Part shown: positions 1 to 23,019 of the stretch, piece by piece | Layout of the letters: every line of letters begins with the position of its first letter | Numbering within the stretch: position 1 is the stretch's first letter | Source of the DNA: the human T2T-CHM13v2.0 reference genome, Homo sapiens | Direction: 5' to 3' (one strand) | Assembly: GCF_009914755.1 (NCBI RefSeq) | Contig: NC_060936.1 | DNA length: 64,000 nucleotides | Notes under the pieces: generated by a model | What the model was told of the DNA's origin: nothing | Database searches by the model: none | The model's input: only the letters and a program-made list of their open reading frames with translations | Made by a program: the position numbers and the translations under genes

Positions 1-6
1 TACTCA

Positions 7-111
<105 letters not shown>

Positions 112-241
112 TCAAAAAAAAAAAAAAAAGATAGATATTATATAAAGCATCTTCTCTAAGCACAATAGGATGAAGTTAGAAATCAATAACAGAAGTAAAA
201 CTGGAAAATTCCCAAGTTTGTGGAAATTAAACAATGCATCA

Positions 242-538
<297 letters not shown>

Positions 539-1366
539 CTATAGCTATAAATGTTTAAATTTAGGAATAAGAAAGTTCTCAAATCAACAACCTAACTTTA
601 CAAATAAGAAACTAGAAAAAAAAAGAACAAACAAAACCTAATGCTAGCAGAAGGAAGAGAATAACAAAGATTAGAACAGAGATTAATGAAATAGAAAATA
701 GGAAAACAAAAGGGAAAATTAATAAAACCAAAAGTTGTCTCTTTGAAAAGATGGACAAAATTGACAAACCTTTAACTAAATGGACTAAAAAAAGAGAAAA
801 GACTCAAATTACTAAAATCAAAAATGAAAATGGGAAAATTACTACCAACTCTATGGAAATAAAAACGATTGTAAGAGAGTACTGTGAACAATTGTATGTC
901 AACAAATAGGGTAACCTGGATAAAATGGAAAGATTATGAGAAACACAAAACCCACTAAAACTAAATCATGAGGAGACAGAAAATATGAATAGACTGATAA
1001 CTAGTAAGGAGACTGAATCAGTAATCAAACATCTCCCAACAAAGAAAGGTCCTGGACCTGTTGGCTTCACTAGTAAATTCTACCAAACATTTAAACAACT
1101 AATACCAATCCTTCTCAAACTTTTCTTTAAAAATTAAAGAGGAGGAAACACTTCCTAAATCATTCTATGAGACTAGCATTACCCTAATACCAAAGCCAAA
1201 AACACTAGAAGACTACAAATCGATATCCTTTATGAACATGTGTGCAAAAACCCTCAGCAAAATATTAGCAAACTGAATTTAGCAGCATAGTAGAAGGATT
1301 ATACACTATGAGCAAGTAGGATTTATTCCTGGAATGCAGGGACAGTTCAACATATGAAAATGAATT

Positions 1367-2292
<926 letters not shown>

Positions 2293-2394
2293 GAGAAAAT
2301 CAATCAATGTAATACATCCCATTAACAGAATGAAAGGGTTAAAGAACTACATGATCATCTCAATGGATGCAGAAAAAGCATTTAACAAAATTCA

Positions 2395-4760
<2,366 letters not shown>

Positions 4761-4992
4761 AAAAGAGAAAATGATTTGAATAGACATTTCTCCAAAGAAC
4801 ATATACAAATGGCCAATAAGCATAGGAAAAAATGCTCAACAACACTAATCATTAGGGAAATGAAAATCAAAACTACAAGATACCATCACCTCACACCCAT
4901 TACAATGACTACTATCAAAAAAATGGAAAATAACAAGTGTTGGTGATGATGTGGAGAAACTGGAAGCCATGTACACTGGTAGCAGGAATGTA

Positions 4993-5059
4993 TTAGGTTG
5001 GGGCAAAAGTAATTGCAGTTTTGCCACTGAATGTAATGGCAAAAACTGCAATTACTTTT
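4993..5059. mobile_element. MADE1 (Hsmar1-derived MITE), right end truncated
   Basis: TTAGGTTGGGGCAAAAGTAATTGCAGTTTTGCCA...TGGCAAAAACTGCAATTACTTTT. Confidence 0.9.
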
Positions 5060-6244
5060 AATGAAATGGTGCAGCGACTATGTAAAACAATATGGTGGTT
5101 CCCCTAAAAATAGAATCACTATGTGATCCAGCAATTCCACTTCTGGGTATATACCCAAAAGAATTGAATGTAGGATCTCAAAGAGATGTTTATACAACCA
5201 TGTCGATAGCAGCAATATTCGCAATAACTAAAACGTGGCAGTAACCTGGGTGTCTATCAATGGATTAACAGATAAACTATGTTATAGCCATAAAATGGAA
5301 TATTATTCAGCCTTAAAAAAGAATGAAATTCTGACATATACTACACCATAGATGAACTTTGAGGACATTATGCTAAGTAAAGTAATCCTGTCACAAATGA
5401 CAAATACTGTATAATTCCACTTATATCAGATACCTAGAGTAGTCAAAATCATAGAGACAAAGTGAAATGGTGATTGCCAGGGACTGGGGAGAGGGAGGAA
5501 TGGTGAGCTATTTCTTTTTCTTTTTTTTTTTTTAGACAGTGTCTCACTCTGTCACCCAAGCTGGACTGCAATGGCCCAATCACGGCTCACTGCTGCCTCA
5601 ACCTCCTGGCTCAAGCAATCCTCCCACCTTGGCCTCCCAAAGTGCTGGAATTACAAGCATGAGCCACCATGCCCAGCCTACTTTATAATGAGTATAGAGT
5701 TTCAGTTTTACAAGATGAAAAGAGTTCTGAAGATGGATGTTGGTGATGGATATACAATATTGTGAATGTATTTAATACCACTGAACTGTACAATTTAAAA
5801 TGGTTACAATGGTAAATTTTGTGTTATGTGTATTTCAGTTGAAAAAGTTGAAAAAAAGAAAACTTTCTTTTTTATGTGTGAGACAGACAGGGTCTCACTC
5901 TGCCGCCCAGGCTGGAGCACAATGGCATGATCTCAGCTGAATACAACCTCCGCCTCCCAGGCTCAAGAGAAAAGAAACATTTCTTAGACCATAGAGCTTA
6001 GTGGTTAAGAGAAAACTTTGGTGTCAGCAGACCTGGGTTTAAATCCTGCTTCTGCATGACCTCAGGGCCTCTTTAGGGCTCCTTTTCTCTATGCAGAATG
6101 AAGATAGCATTACTGTAACATAAGGTTGTGATGTAGACTCAGTGAAACTATGTATGTAAAGTACTTCTGCATGCCCAGAAAAAGAATGATGGCTATGGCA
6201 ATTATTAATATTATCATGCCTCTCATTGTTACCCTAATCAGTAG

Positions 6245-6589
<345 letters not shown>

Positions 6590-7739
6590 AGCAGCCAGCA
6601 TTTTGAATGGAAAGAGAGCATCTTGTTCCCAATACCACAGAGAGGTGTCATCAATTTCACTTCAGGCCTCTTAGAGCCTCCCTGTCCATGCTAAAACTTG
6701 GAGCTCCTGCTCTTCCTGCCCAGCCACCATCAAAAGCAGCCCAACTCCCTGGGAGCACCTTTGTCTCTGCTCACATTACCTCCCTCCCACCATTCCCAGG
6801 GCGCTGAGAGCTTTGATGTTCACGTGGCTGCATGGCAGGGGCAGGAAGATAAAATCCCACTTGTTCTCTCTCTCTACAATACCACCTTTCCGCAATTTAG
6901 AGGGGGACAGAGATAAAAGAGCAGGTTTTTTCTCTTTTTCTTTTCTTTTTTTTTTTTTTCAACAACAAATGGTGGTTTCTCTTTACCAGCCGCTACTTCA
7001 GAGCCATGCCAACATCAAAGAGCATGAAATCAGTGGAAACTCAAGCCAGAGGACTTCTGTCCCACCCTGGGGTGGTGTGTCGGGGTGGGGGGAGCTTGGC
7101 TGTTTACAAAAGAAACAGAAAGTGGAGAGGAGAGGAGGGAACTGTGTGCAGAGGAACATCCCACTGAGGATGGCAAAAGTTTGTTTTCTTAGCATTTCCC
7201 CTATGCCACATTAAGCTTGCCAAACAGATGGGACTGAGACAAGGAGGGATGCGGGAAAAAGAAAGCTCAACTTGTCTCACGAATAAATCTTGAGTTGACT
7301 TGACATCTTCTAGTCCAGAGGGATTAAGGTGGTGACAGTGGGTTGGCCTGTGTATGTGAGTATTCAGGTGGGACTCACAAGTCCGATGACATTCTCTGCT
7401 CTAAATCCATGTGACTGTGTGCAAGGGCAGAAGGAAAAGAAGAAAAGGGTCTACTTGCATAACTAGGAGGCCTGTTGTTTTCCAGAGTGTGCCCCATGTG
7501 CCAGGTCCTGTGCTAAATACCTCACATGTAGCAACCATGGGGTAGGTAGGCTTGCTTTTCCCACTTAACATATGTGAGAACTGAAGTTTAAAGAGCTGAA
7601 GTCCAAAAGGAGAAGCAGGATCTCCACTCAGATCTGCATCAAAATGTGTGTTCTTGGCCAGATATTATAAAGCTGCTTCCCACGGGGATTGAGTGTAACT
7701 TTGAAAAGTGACAAACAAGATACCATTGTAGGGCATCAG

Positions 7740-8198
7740 TTATTGGTGGGAATGTGATTCCAAAAAAAGATATGTTAAAGTCTGAACCCGCAGTCCAGTA
7801 CCTGTAAATGTGAACGTATTTGGAAACAGGGTCTTTACAGATGTAATCAAGTTAAAATGATTTATTGGGGTCAGGAGAACACTAATCCAATGACTGGTGT
7901 TTTTATTTGAAGAGGGAGATTTTGCCACAGATCCTCACAGAGGGAAGATGGCCGTGCGAAGGCGGAGGAGGGAGCTGGAGTTGTGTTGCCTTAAGTGAAG
8001 GAAGACCAAGTATGGCGCAGCCCCCAGAAGCTGGGAAGAGGCCCGGAAGGGTCCTCCCCTAGAGCCTGCGAGAGCGTCTCATGCCAACCCCTTGATTTTG
8101 GACTTCTAGCCTTCAGAATTGTGAGGGAATAAGTGTCTGTTGTTTTAAGCCACCCAGTGTGTGGTACTTTGTTACAGCAGCCCTAGCAAACTAATATC
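7740..8198 (+). mobile_element. MLT1 (MaLR) solo LTR
   Basis: TTTGGAAACAGGGTCTTTACAGATGTAATCAAGTTAAAATGA ... TTTGTTACAGCAGCCCTAGCAAACTAATA. Confidence 0.85.
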
Positions 8199-9099
8199 AC
8201 ATCTGCCTTTCTGAGTTTGGAGAGAGACCAAGACAGAGAGACAGAGAGTCAGAGAGTGTTGTGGGGTGGGAATAAGGCAAGACTTCAATTTTCAGACAAA
8301 TATCGTAAAGATTATCTCTAGCATACTGGTCTGGGGAATGAGGCAAAGATGCCAGCCACCAGAGAGAGAGACAGAGAGAGAAATCGAGGGGGGCGGTGGG
8401 GTGAAAGCAGTGAAACAAGGGGTTTCACTGAAGTAAGGGGACCAGGAAGAAAGAGAAGGGAGCTGGAACCCAAGTGAGACAGGTCAGCTCCTTGAACATG
8501 AGGAGAGTCAAAGAAGGTTCCAAGGTTCCCTGCCAGGAGGGGAGGGGTTGAGAAAGAGCAGGATGCTGCCACCGTCCACGCCTGAGGACGACCTTGCCCG
8601 CGCCAGCGCCCCTGCCTTCTCACACCTCAACAGGGCTCTTGCATCAGACTCTTCTTCAGTTACTGCACTCAGGGAACATGTATTTAGCACTCACAAAGTG
8701 ACAGGCACTGATGGGGAGAGGTGGGGAGGACTGCCAGGGTCAGAGAGCCGCACTAAGGACCCAGGGAATGGAGAGCCCTATGACATCCTCAGCCTGGACT
8801 GCTCTTCACTTCCCAATCAGCCTAGAAAATGTCCGCTCAGATTTCTAGGCCCACTCAACTTGACTAGGGCCTTTACCACCTTGCTGGGCCCATGATACCT
8901 TCCGTACACCTTTAATGCTTGGTAGCTGTATTGTTTCTTTCTACCTGTATCTAGATCTAGATTTCAAAGAAAGCAGATCCAGAAGCTCACAGTCTAATGG
9001 AGAATTCATATATCTCAATCTCTATCTAGACCTACATATAGACCTAGATCTAGATAGAGACATACACGTTTTTCTCTTTTTTTAGGAAAAAAAAAAAAA

Positions 9100-9378
9100 G
9101 GCCAGGTGCAGTGGCTCATGCCTGTAATCCCAGCACTTTGGGAGGCTGAGGCGGGTGGATCACTTGAGCTCAGGAGTTAGAGACCAGCCTGGCCAACATG
9201 GTGAAACCTCGTCTCTACTGAAAATACAAAAATTAGCTGGGCATGGTGGTGGGCACCTGCAATCCCAGCTACTTGAGAGGCTGAGGCAGGAGAATCACTT
9301 GAACCCATGGGGGCGGAGGTGCAGTGAGCAGAGATTGTACCATTGGATTCCAGTCTCGGAGACAAAGCGAGACTTCCT
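9100..9378 (+). mobile_element. AluS lacking a poly(A) tail
   Basis: Ends GAGACTTCCTC and runs directly into L2-like sequence. Confidence 0.9.
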
Positions 9379-10056
9379 CATTAGACTGTGAGCTTCTGGA
9401 AGGTGGGGCCAGCATCCTATTCATCTCCATCTAGTCTGTGCTTTTGTGGAGCCTGGTGCAACTTAGTTGATCAGCAAATAGTTGACAAATGAATGTTCTG
9501 AGTATTTTAGAACTCAAACAACAAAAAATGTAAAATAATTTTAAAAAATAAGCAAGTGACATAAATGCACAACTCATGAAATAAAATACAAATGGCTCCT
9601 AATCGCACGTACTAGTCACGTCGATTCCAGTCATAATAAGAACGCAAGTTAAAGCTATGCTGAGAAAATATTTTACCTCTTAGCCTGGCAACATGTCGTA
9701 TCAGGAGGCTGGGGAGGGAGCCGGGCACAGGCAGGCTCATACCTGGAGTGTGAAATGGTGTGTCCCTAAGGAGGGTAATTTGGCATCGTCAATCAAAATT
9801 ACAGATATGTTTATCTTTAGTCCAAAAATCTCACTTCTGCAGGATACCTGCTGAATATCTTACAGATCTGCAAACATAAAATGGCTATATGTATAGGGTT
9901 ACATTGCTACATTGCTTGTAACAACAAGATATTTAAACCAAATCAAAGGCCCTTCTCTAGAGAACTGGGAAGATAACCTGGGTAGGAGCGGGGACCAGGG
10001 TGGATAGCTGGCGAGAGAGGAAGATCTCTCAAGGCGTAACTTTCATATCAGGTTGA

Positions 10057-11737
<1,681 letters not shown>

Positions 11738-13701
11738 TTTACAGGCATTTTTTAAATGGAGCCTGGAGAGGTCTAGTACTTTGTCCAAGGTTATGCAGTA
11801 AGGGGAGGTGGGGCCAGGAAGTCATCTTGAGCAGTCTGACTCCATGGCCCACTATTCACTAGCACTGCCTCCCTAGATGCCCCCAAAATGCTTCTGGCCA
11901 TAGACCTTTCCTTCTGCTTCTCATCCCTCTATGCTTCTTTACCTTCCATGCATGCATTCATTTGTCCATAATATCCCTGGCCACCTGCTGTATGCCAGGC
12001 ACTGTGCTAGGCGAGGAGGATGCAAAGATTAAGAAGACAGTAGTCCCTGACAGCAGTCCCTGACTTTGAGAAGCTTACATTCCATAGAGAATGCACAGAG
12101 GTAAAGGACAACCCCATGCACAGGAGGTTCTACAATGTGAGCCTAGGATAGGGCCACCCACACACACTTGTATGCCTTTCTTGTTTTTCCTCCTCTGCTC
12201 AAAAAGTCTTCATTTAAGGCCCTGTGTTCATCATGATGGGAAAATCAGCTCAAGAAAACTTCAGGAGGATTCCTCCAGGTAAATTAAGTTACCCAAACAG
12301 ACTAACATGCTAACAACTTTCAGATTTGGAATCTGCTCCTCTAGAGCCTACAGTTTGATGACTGTCATTTCATGTTGAAACAAGAACAAGAGGATTGCTT
12401 ATGTTTGCTTCTCTCTGCAAGAATCTAGGTTGAAAACAAAATGAAAAGGAAATCTAATCTGAGGACACTTCTCAAGTAGAAGTCAGAGGAAAGAGCAATA
12501 AAGAAGAACTCAGAGGTCTTACCTGTTACCCTTAAATGTCTTCTTCCTTATCACAGTCCAAAGGACTCATGTTACTAATACCATTGTTCTGACAAAGCTA
12601 GCAAGGACATTCTGCTGAGCAAGTATGCAGTCTTCTCTGTGATCTATTCTGTCTTCACAGGCAAGAGTGATTGCCCATGTTCCATCCCCCAACAAAGCAT
12701 CAAAACCAACCACACAGACCTGGGTTCAAAGGCAGACTCTACCACTTACTGAGAGATCATCAGTGTCCTTATCTGGAGAATGGGAATCATCCCTAACAGG
12801 TGCAAAGACTCTAGCCTTGGGCATGATCAAATTCAAAGCCTTCTTGGGACACTCTCATAATCAGTCACTGCAGGCTTTCACCTGCACAACCATCTAGCTC
12901 AGCTCTTGTGCTAATATATCAGAGCCCTGGCCCCAACTGCCCAAGGGACTTGTAATTATTTTTGCAGCCGTAAGTCTGGCATCTAGTCCTGCAGATGGGT
13001 AGGGAGAACAGGTCCTATGACCTGGGAAGAGAGGGAGTTGAAAGCAACAGAGTATCCCAGCTGCAGTCACACAGGCTGGGGCTCAGATTACACTCCAGAC
13101 AGGATGCAGAGCAAGAGTACAAGGAAATCCAGGCGAAAAGAAATGCTGCAAGTTGGAGGGAGGGAAGTGTCCAGGATGCCCCCAGAGACAGACTGAGTCC
13201 ATAGTTAGATATCAACAAAGCAGCACCCAAAAAATGACTACAGAAAGAATTCCCTACTTCCCAAAAAACACTCAGAAAATCACATTGAGGGAAAAAAATC
13301 TGAACTATGTTGGACTGGCCTGAACTTTTGTATAGTTTAATATTGTTTTTAGTTTTAATACACAGAAGCCAGGTGAAGGTAGGGATTGGAAGACATCATA
13401 TTCTTCTCCACGCTAGGTCCACTATGGTTCCTAATCCAGCCTGGCCTATTAAATACCAATGAGATTTAATGTATGTCTCTCTAGATTGAGGGTCAGAAAC
13501 CCAAATGCCTACAGAAGTCAGGCAGATTAGATAAACGAGAAACTGTGCTAGGTGGGGGTGTAGGAGCTGGAACACAAATGCTCTATGGATGCAGGCAGTT
13601 GTTAATCAGTCAATTGCTGCCACAGAGAAGCATGGCCTGAGTTGCTGGATCAATTTACTTTTACATTCCCACATATTAATTCTAAAAATGATTTTTCCAA
13701 C

Positions 13702-14274
<573 letters not shown>

Positions 14275-14579
14275 TAACTAGAGATGGGGTTTCACCATGT
14301 TGGCCAGGCTGGTCTCCAACTCCTGACCTCAAGTGATCTGCTTGCCTCAGCCTCCCAAAGATAGCACCAACCTTTGTTCAATTTATAAAAGATGTTTGAA
14401 ATTAAAGTCTGATTAATTTCTATTTTCATTATGGATTACTAATAATATCAGCTAACACTTCCATAAAACTTACATGGCAGGCAGCATTCTAAGTGCTTTA
14501 TTCACGTTGACCCATTTAATCCTCACAACAGCCATTTGAGGCAAATCTATCATCATCCTCCTGTTGTAAATTAAGAAAT

Positions 14580-14678
14580 TGGGAGTCTCTGAGCCTACTC
14601 TGGCTCAAGAGGCTGCCCAATAAGAAATAAGAAATTGTTTTTTAATATTTAAAAGAAAGTTAAAGAAAAAGAACAAAC
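14580..14678 (+). mobile_element. Tiny retroposed ERV1-LTR-like fragment with A-rich tail, inside a MIR
   Basis: GGAGTCTCTGAGCCTACTCTGGCTCAAGAGGCTGCCC plus A-rich tail; TSD AAATTAAGAAAT at 14568-14579 and 14679-14690. Confidence 0.65.
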
Positions 14679-14929
14679 AAATTAAGAAATAGAAGCATAA
14701 AGTATCAAGCAAATTCTCCCAACTCACTCAGATAATTTGTGGCACAGCTGGAGCTACATGGACAACTAACCCTGGGTTCAAGATGAGTTTAACTTTGAGG
14801 CTTCCAGAAAAGACATGAGAGAGCCCTCCTGTAAATGGTGAATGGTTTTCCTTTACCAAAGTCTTTATAATAGCTCATTCCCCCAAAACCCTATAAATCA
14901 GAGAAGTCAACTCTGACCCCTTGTTTGTG

Positions 14930-15105
14930 TCAGTCAAAAAGTTTCATTGGAGCAGAACCATACCTACTCGTTTATGTGTCCTCTGAGGCTGGCTTTGGTG
15001 TATGGTCTCTACCATGAGTAGTCATAACAGAGACCATGTGGCTCCCAAAGCCCAATATGTTTATTATCTGGCCCTTTACAGAAATAGTTTGCTAACTGCT
15101 ACTCT
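14930..15105. mobile_element. MER58 (hAT-Charlie) fragment
   Basis: TTTATTATCTGGCCCTTTACAGAAATAGTTTGCT terminal motif. Confidence 0.75.
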
Positions 15106-15112
15106 GAATTTA

Positions 15113-15537
<425 letters not shown>

Positions 15538-15540
15538 TTA

Positions 15541-15810
<270 letters not shown>

Positions 15811-15969
15811 TCAATTAAAAGTATCTCCTCCTAAAGTTGAATTCATAGAAGGAAGAAAGCTCTTAACTAGAAAGTTCCTTAAAAACACACAGATATGGCC
15901 AGGCGTGGTGGCTCACACCTGTAATCCCAACATTTTGGGAGGCTGAGGTGGGTGGATCACCTGAGGTCA

Positions 15970-16236
<267 letters not shown>

Positions 16237-16954
16237 CTATAAAAGCAGAAAAAGAAACAATTCAAACCACAATTCCATTTCTCCAATTATCAAAAATCTG
16301 CCAATCCTTTTTTTATCCAAAAAGACAACTTTTAGTGGTAAAAGCTGCTTTTTTATGGCAACTGTTCTTGTTTCTATTTTATTTAAGGTTTTTTGAATAA
16401 CTAGAACATACTAGAATTGTGTTTAAGAAGACTGAGAATACATCTTACATTTGTGACTAATGACCCTCTTAGACTGAAAATCAATGTTTAGGCAATAAGT
16501 GTAAATTTTACAGATTACAATAAAATAAAAACAAGTTAGTACACAGCTATAATTTGATGAAGTTAAGATGGTATTTTTAAACTGAAAGGTCAAGTTTCTT
16601 GTGGAAACAAATATGTGTTTCCAAGGATTGTCTCATTAGTAACTGGTGGAATCATTTATAAACAAATAAGACAAACAACCTTTCCAGGCCTCAATTCTTA
16701 AGATAAGATATAGAAAAAGGTCATTTTAAGACCCTAGGAAGTGTCACACCATCAGGACCTTTCTACAAATGAGTGTTTAAATATACTGATGATAAATACC
16801 TGAAGAAATTAAGTTGACCTTAAAGAAATTAAATTAAGTTGAATCATTGGATTTTGTCCTAAACTTTGCAGAATCAGAGATCATTTCGACTTTGCAGACT
16901 TCAAGCAGGGTATTTTTCTGCTCAACTGCAGTTGACATTTCTTGCATGGTAGGG

Positions 16955-19185
<2,231 letters not shown>

Positions 19186-19593
19186 AACTTGTGTTTCCAC
19201 ATTGACCAGAAAGATCAACACATGATCTATCTCTTATTCATTGTGCTTTCATTTTTAGGACTAGTTGGCAGAAATCTAAGGCTTTAAACAGGTTGTCTAT
19301 GATTCTAGTCAGAGCTACCAACCTCTTAACACAAGACGCTCCTTCTTTCATTCATTCTACAAACAGACCACAAAACAATCAAACACTGTTTCAATATATA
19401 ATTTATACAATACATAATTTATGCACGAACATGGCACTCTTCTGGCTTTTTATATTCATTAGTTAATCTAAATTCTACTTTTTAAAAATATGCAGTACGG
19501 GCCGGGCGCTTTGGCTCACACTTGTCATCCCAGTACTTTGGGAGGCCGAGGCAGACGGATCACGAGGTCAGGAGATGGAGACCATCCTGGCTA

Positions 19594-19855
<262 letters not shown>

Positions 19856-19903
19856 TCAGGAATTCAAGGCCAGCCTTATGAACAGAGCAAGACCCCATCT
19901 CTA

Positions 19904-20053
<150 letters not shown>

Positions 20054-20253
20054 CTAGGTGACAGAGCAAGACCTTGCCTTAAGAAAAAAAAAAATTGGGG
20101 TAGGAATATTTAACACATGAGAATCAAGGTTCAGAAAGATCAAGGAACTTCCCCAAGATAACATAACTAAGGAGTGATGTCATGAAGACTCAAACCCAGA
20201 TCCTAAGCACACACCTTTTCCTCTCCCCAGTAAATACTCTTACAACGCACACT

Positions 20254-20274
20254 TGTGTGTGTGTGTGTGTGTGT
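20254..20274 (+). repeat. (TG)n microsatellite
   Basis: About 10 TG units. Confidence 0.9.
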
Positions 20275-20429
20275 ATGAAATATTCAAATTGCTAATTGTA
20301 GATTTTCCATTCTTTTATCATGAATCTGTGATAACAGTTTTTTTGTGATATTTAAAAATAAATAATCAAAGCCTTTATAAAGGTCTGGAGCACATGGAAA
20401 GTTTGAAACCATAGCCTGATTCACCATAC

Positions 20430-20481
20430 CTGGCTCTCATTCTCAAACCCCTGTTTGCTTTGAATTCTAGGGGCTGGAATA
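20430..20481 (-). pseudogene. Exon 12, cytoplasmic IPAPRIQSKQGFENESQ
   Basis: ttccttcttttactgtcag| acceptor; CAG|GTATGG donor; phase 2 matches exon 11; open. Confidence 0.6.
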
Positions 20482-20641
20482 CTGACAGTAAAAGAAGGAA
20501 ACATTTGTAGTGCTTGCCAAAGGGTAAAGGGGGAGTTTCTCTTGCTTTGTTTAGGTGTAAAACATAATTCTCTATTATCCTGCACACCGAAGTATTGCCA
20601 GCATCTTTAGAAGGGAGGTAGACATACTGTTTGCATTTTCA

Positions 20642-20929
<288 letters not shown>

Positions 20930-21256
20930 TCAAAAAATGAAATAAAATAAAATAAAATTGAAAGCAATTAGCAGGAAAAGAGAAATGAGCTTCCTCATCT
21001 GCAACCACTGGCTGCTCTTCCAAGCCATGGTCCTTAGAATATGGTTCCTTACTGAATTTTTTGTTCTCATTAGTGGTTTTTAACAGTGAATTTCTAACTA
21101 CCCAAGTCTATACCAAAGCCATAATTATTTAATTCTGATCTGTTAGAAACTTTCTAAGAATCCACCCAAAAATGCCAGAAAAATTCGAATGACTCTCGTG
21201 TATATAGTGAGATTAGTATTCCACAGAAATGCCTCATTAATGTCAAAATAATTCAC

Positions 21257-21372
21257 TTAAATCTTATCCTAGCAAAGCATAAAACAGCTATGAAAAAGAA
21301 TAATATCGTGTAGATACCAAGACAGAAACAAGCTGAATAGCTGGTAATGTTTATAGACGAGCAATCAATTAA
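21257..21372 (-). pseudogene. Exon 11, transmembrane exon LIDCSSINITSYSACFCLGIYTILFFFIAVLCFARIRF(N)
   Basis: Very strong polypyrimidine acceptor (ttttctttttcttcatcag|); ~20 hydrophobic residues then RIRF; NIT sequon; donor AA|GTGAAT in phase 2. Confidence 0.65.
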
Positions 21373-21482
21373 CTGATGAAGAAAAAGAAAAAAAATCACT
21401 ATTGAAAAAGCAGGCTTCTAGTCTACTTCCATAATACTAATGCTCTAAAAGTCATTTTGCATCATCCACAGAAAGCTCCCAC

Positions 21483-21546
21483 ATATCTGGCCAACAAAAT
21501 TGGAAGTTGGTTTCCAATCTGTTTTCAAGTCCTAATCCTAGTTTCC
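21483..21546 (-). pseudogene. Exon 10 candidate, ETRIRT*KQIGNQLPILLARY
   Basis: attttttag|G acceptor; TAT|GTGGGA donor; phase 2/0 bridges exons 9 and 11; one TGA. Confidence 0.45.
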
Positions 21547-21731
21547 CTAAAAAATAGTTTGCACTTTAAAGAGCCCAGGACAATAATTCCCCTGGAGACA
21601 ATTTACTTTTGTGGCTGGCTTGTCATTCTACATATAAACCATCTTAGGCATCAGCTATAAGCTAAAAAATCTCATTCCTCTCCTTGGCTCTTGGAGCATG
21701 GAAATAATAAAAGTGTTTCCCCAGATCTTAC

Positions 21732-21803
21732 ACGCTTCTGAGTTCCAAGCAGCAGTGAATATGATTCCCAGGATTGTAAATAGTCTTATAAATCTTGCCT
21801 TCC
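21732..21803 (-). pseudogene. Exon 9 candidate, EGKIYKTIYNPGNHIHCCLELRS(V)
   Basis: cctgtcag|G acceptor and CGT|GTAAGA donor; 72 nt, phase 2/2, open. Confidence 0.55.
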
Positions 21804-22037
21804 CTGACAGGTTTAACTTTTCATTTTTCTTAAATATTAGCAATAAAAGTACTGTGTGTAAATATCCTTAAGATTTGGGCAAAGCTATCACAGGATTCAA
21901 AATACCCAGTGCCTATAAACACACGGCTTTTCATACAGCTAACAGTGGAGAAACAATTCCAGGAGTGTGCCAGGAATAGAGAGGAAAGATTCTAAATAAT
22001 ACAGGTGAGGTAGAATCATAAAGGAAAAAAAGTTAAC

Positions 22038-22118
22038 TTTAAAACACATAATTTTTGTTCTGCAGGCAGTTTCAAATTGGGTCGTTCAAGCCAGGGTGTT
22101 TTTTGACTTTGGTTCTCC
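22038..22118 (-). pseudogene. Exon 8 candidate, ..TPWLERPNLKLPAEQKLCVL(K)
   Basis: Strong acceptor tgtgtgcttttccctag|G; degenerate donor AA|GTTAAC in phase 2; possible +1 slip in an A6 run. Confidence 0.5.
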
Positions 22119-22238
22119 CTAGGGAAAAGCACACAGTAGCAAAGGATAATGAAAAGGCCTGGAGAACTTGGATACAGACGGTCTGGGATTTCAATCCCAC
22201 TTTAACTCTCCCAAGACAAGAAACTTGAACAATAATAA

Positions 22239-22649
<411 letters not shown>

Positions 22650-23019
22650 TAGTGAAGTGTTTAGGAGGATAAGTTCCGGAGCTACACTGTGTGAGTTCAA
22701 AAACTTTCCCATTTGCTAACTATATCATCTTGGGCAAATTCCTTTTCTGTATAATGATCCTTCAGTGGTATCTACCTCCTAGGTTACTTATAAGAATTAA
22801 TGAGCTAATACTAACCATAAGCACTTAGAATAGTGTTTGGCACAATGTAGGTGCTTAATTGTTTGCCATTCTTATTTTCATTTTACATTAGGAAACTGAG
22901 GCATAGAAAGTCTGTTTACTAGAGATGCAGTAATTAATATCTAATGAACCTGTAATATCTGGTACTTTGTAAATATTTTACACGATAGTTATTTTTTATT
23001 CCATAACAAACAAAGAGGT

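Noticed and set aside
8595-8620. CTCF-like GCCAGCGCCCCTGCC
   Set aside because: Only a partial motif match.
12523-12680. Minus-strand donor CAG|GTAAGA near 12523
   Set aside because: No convincing acceptor or reading frame; could be a non-coding exon but unsupported.
21440-21482. FCG*C read as a PSI CGWC motif
   Set aside because: Falls in the inferred 110-bp intron after exon 10; probably coincidence.
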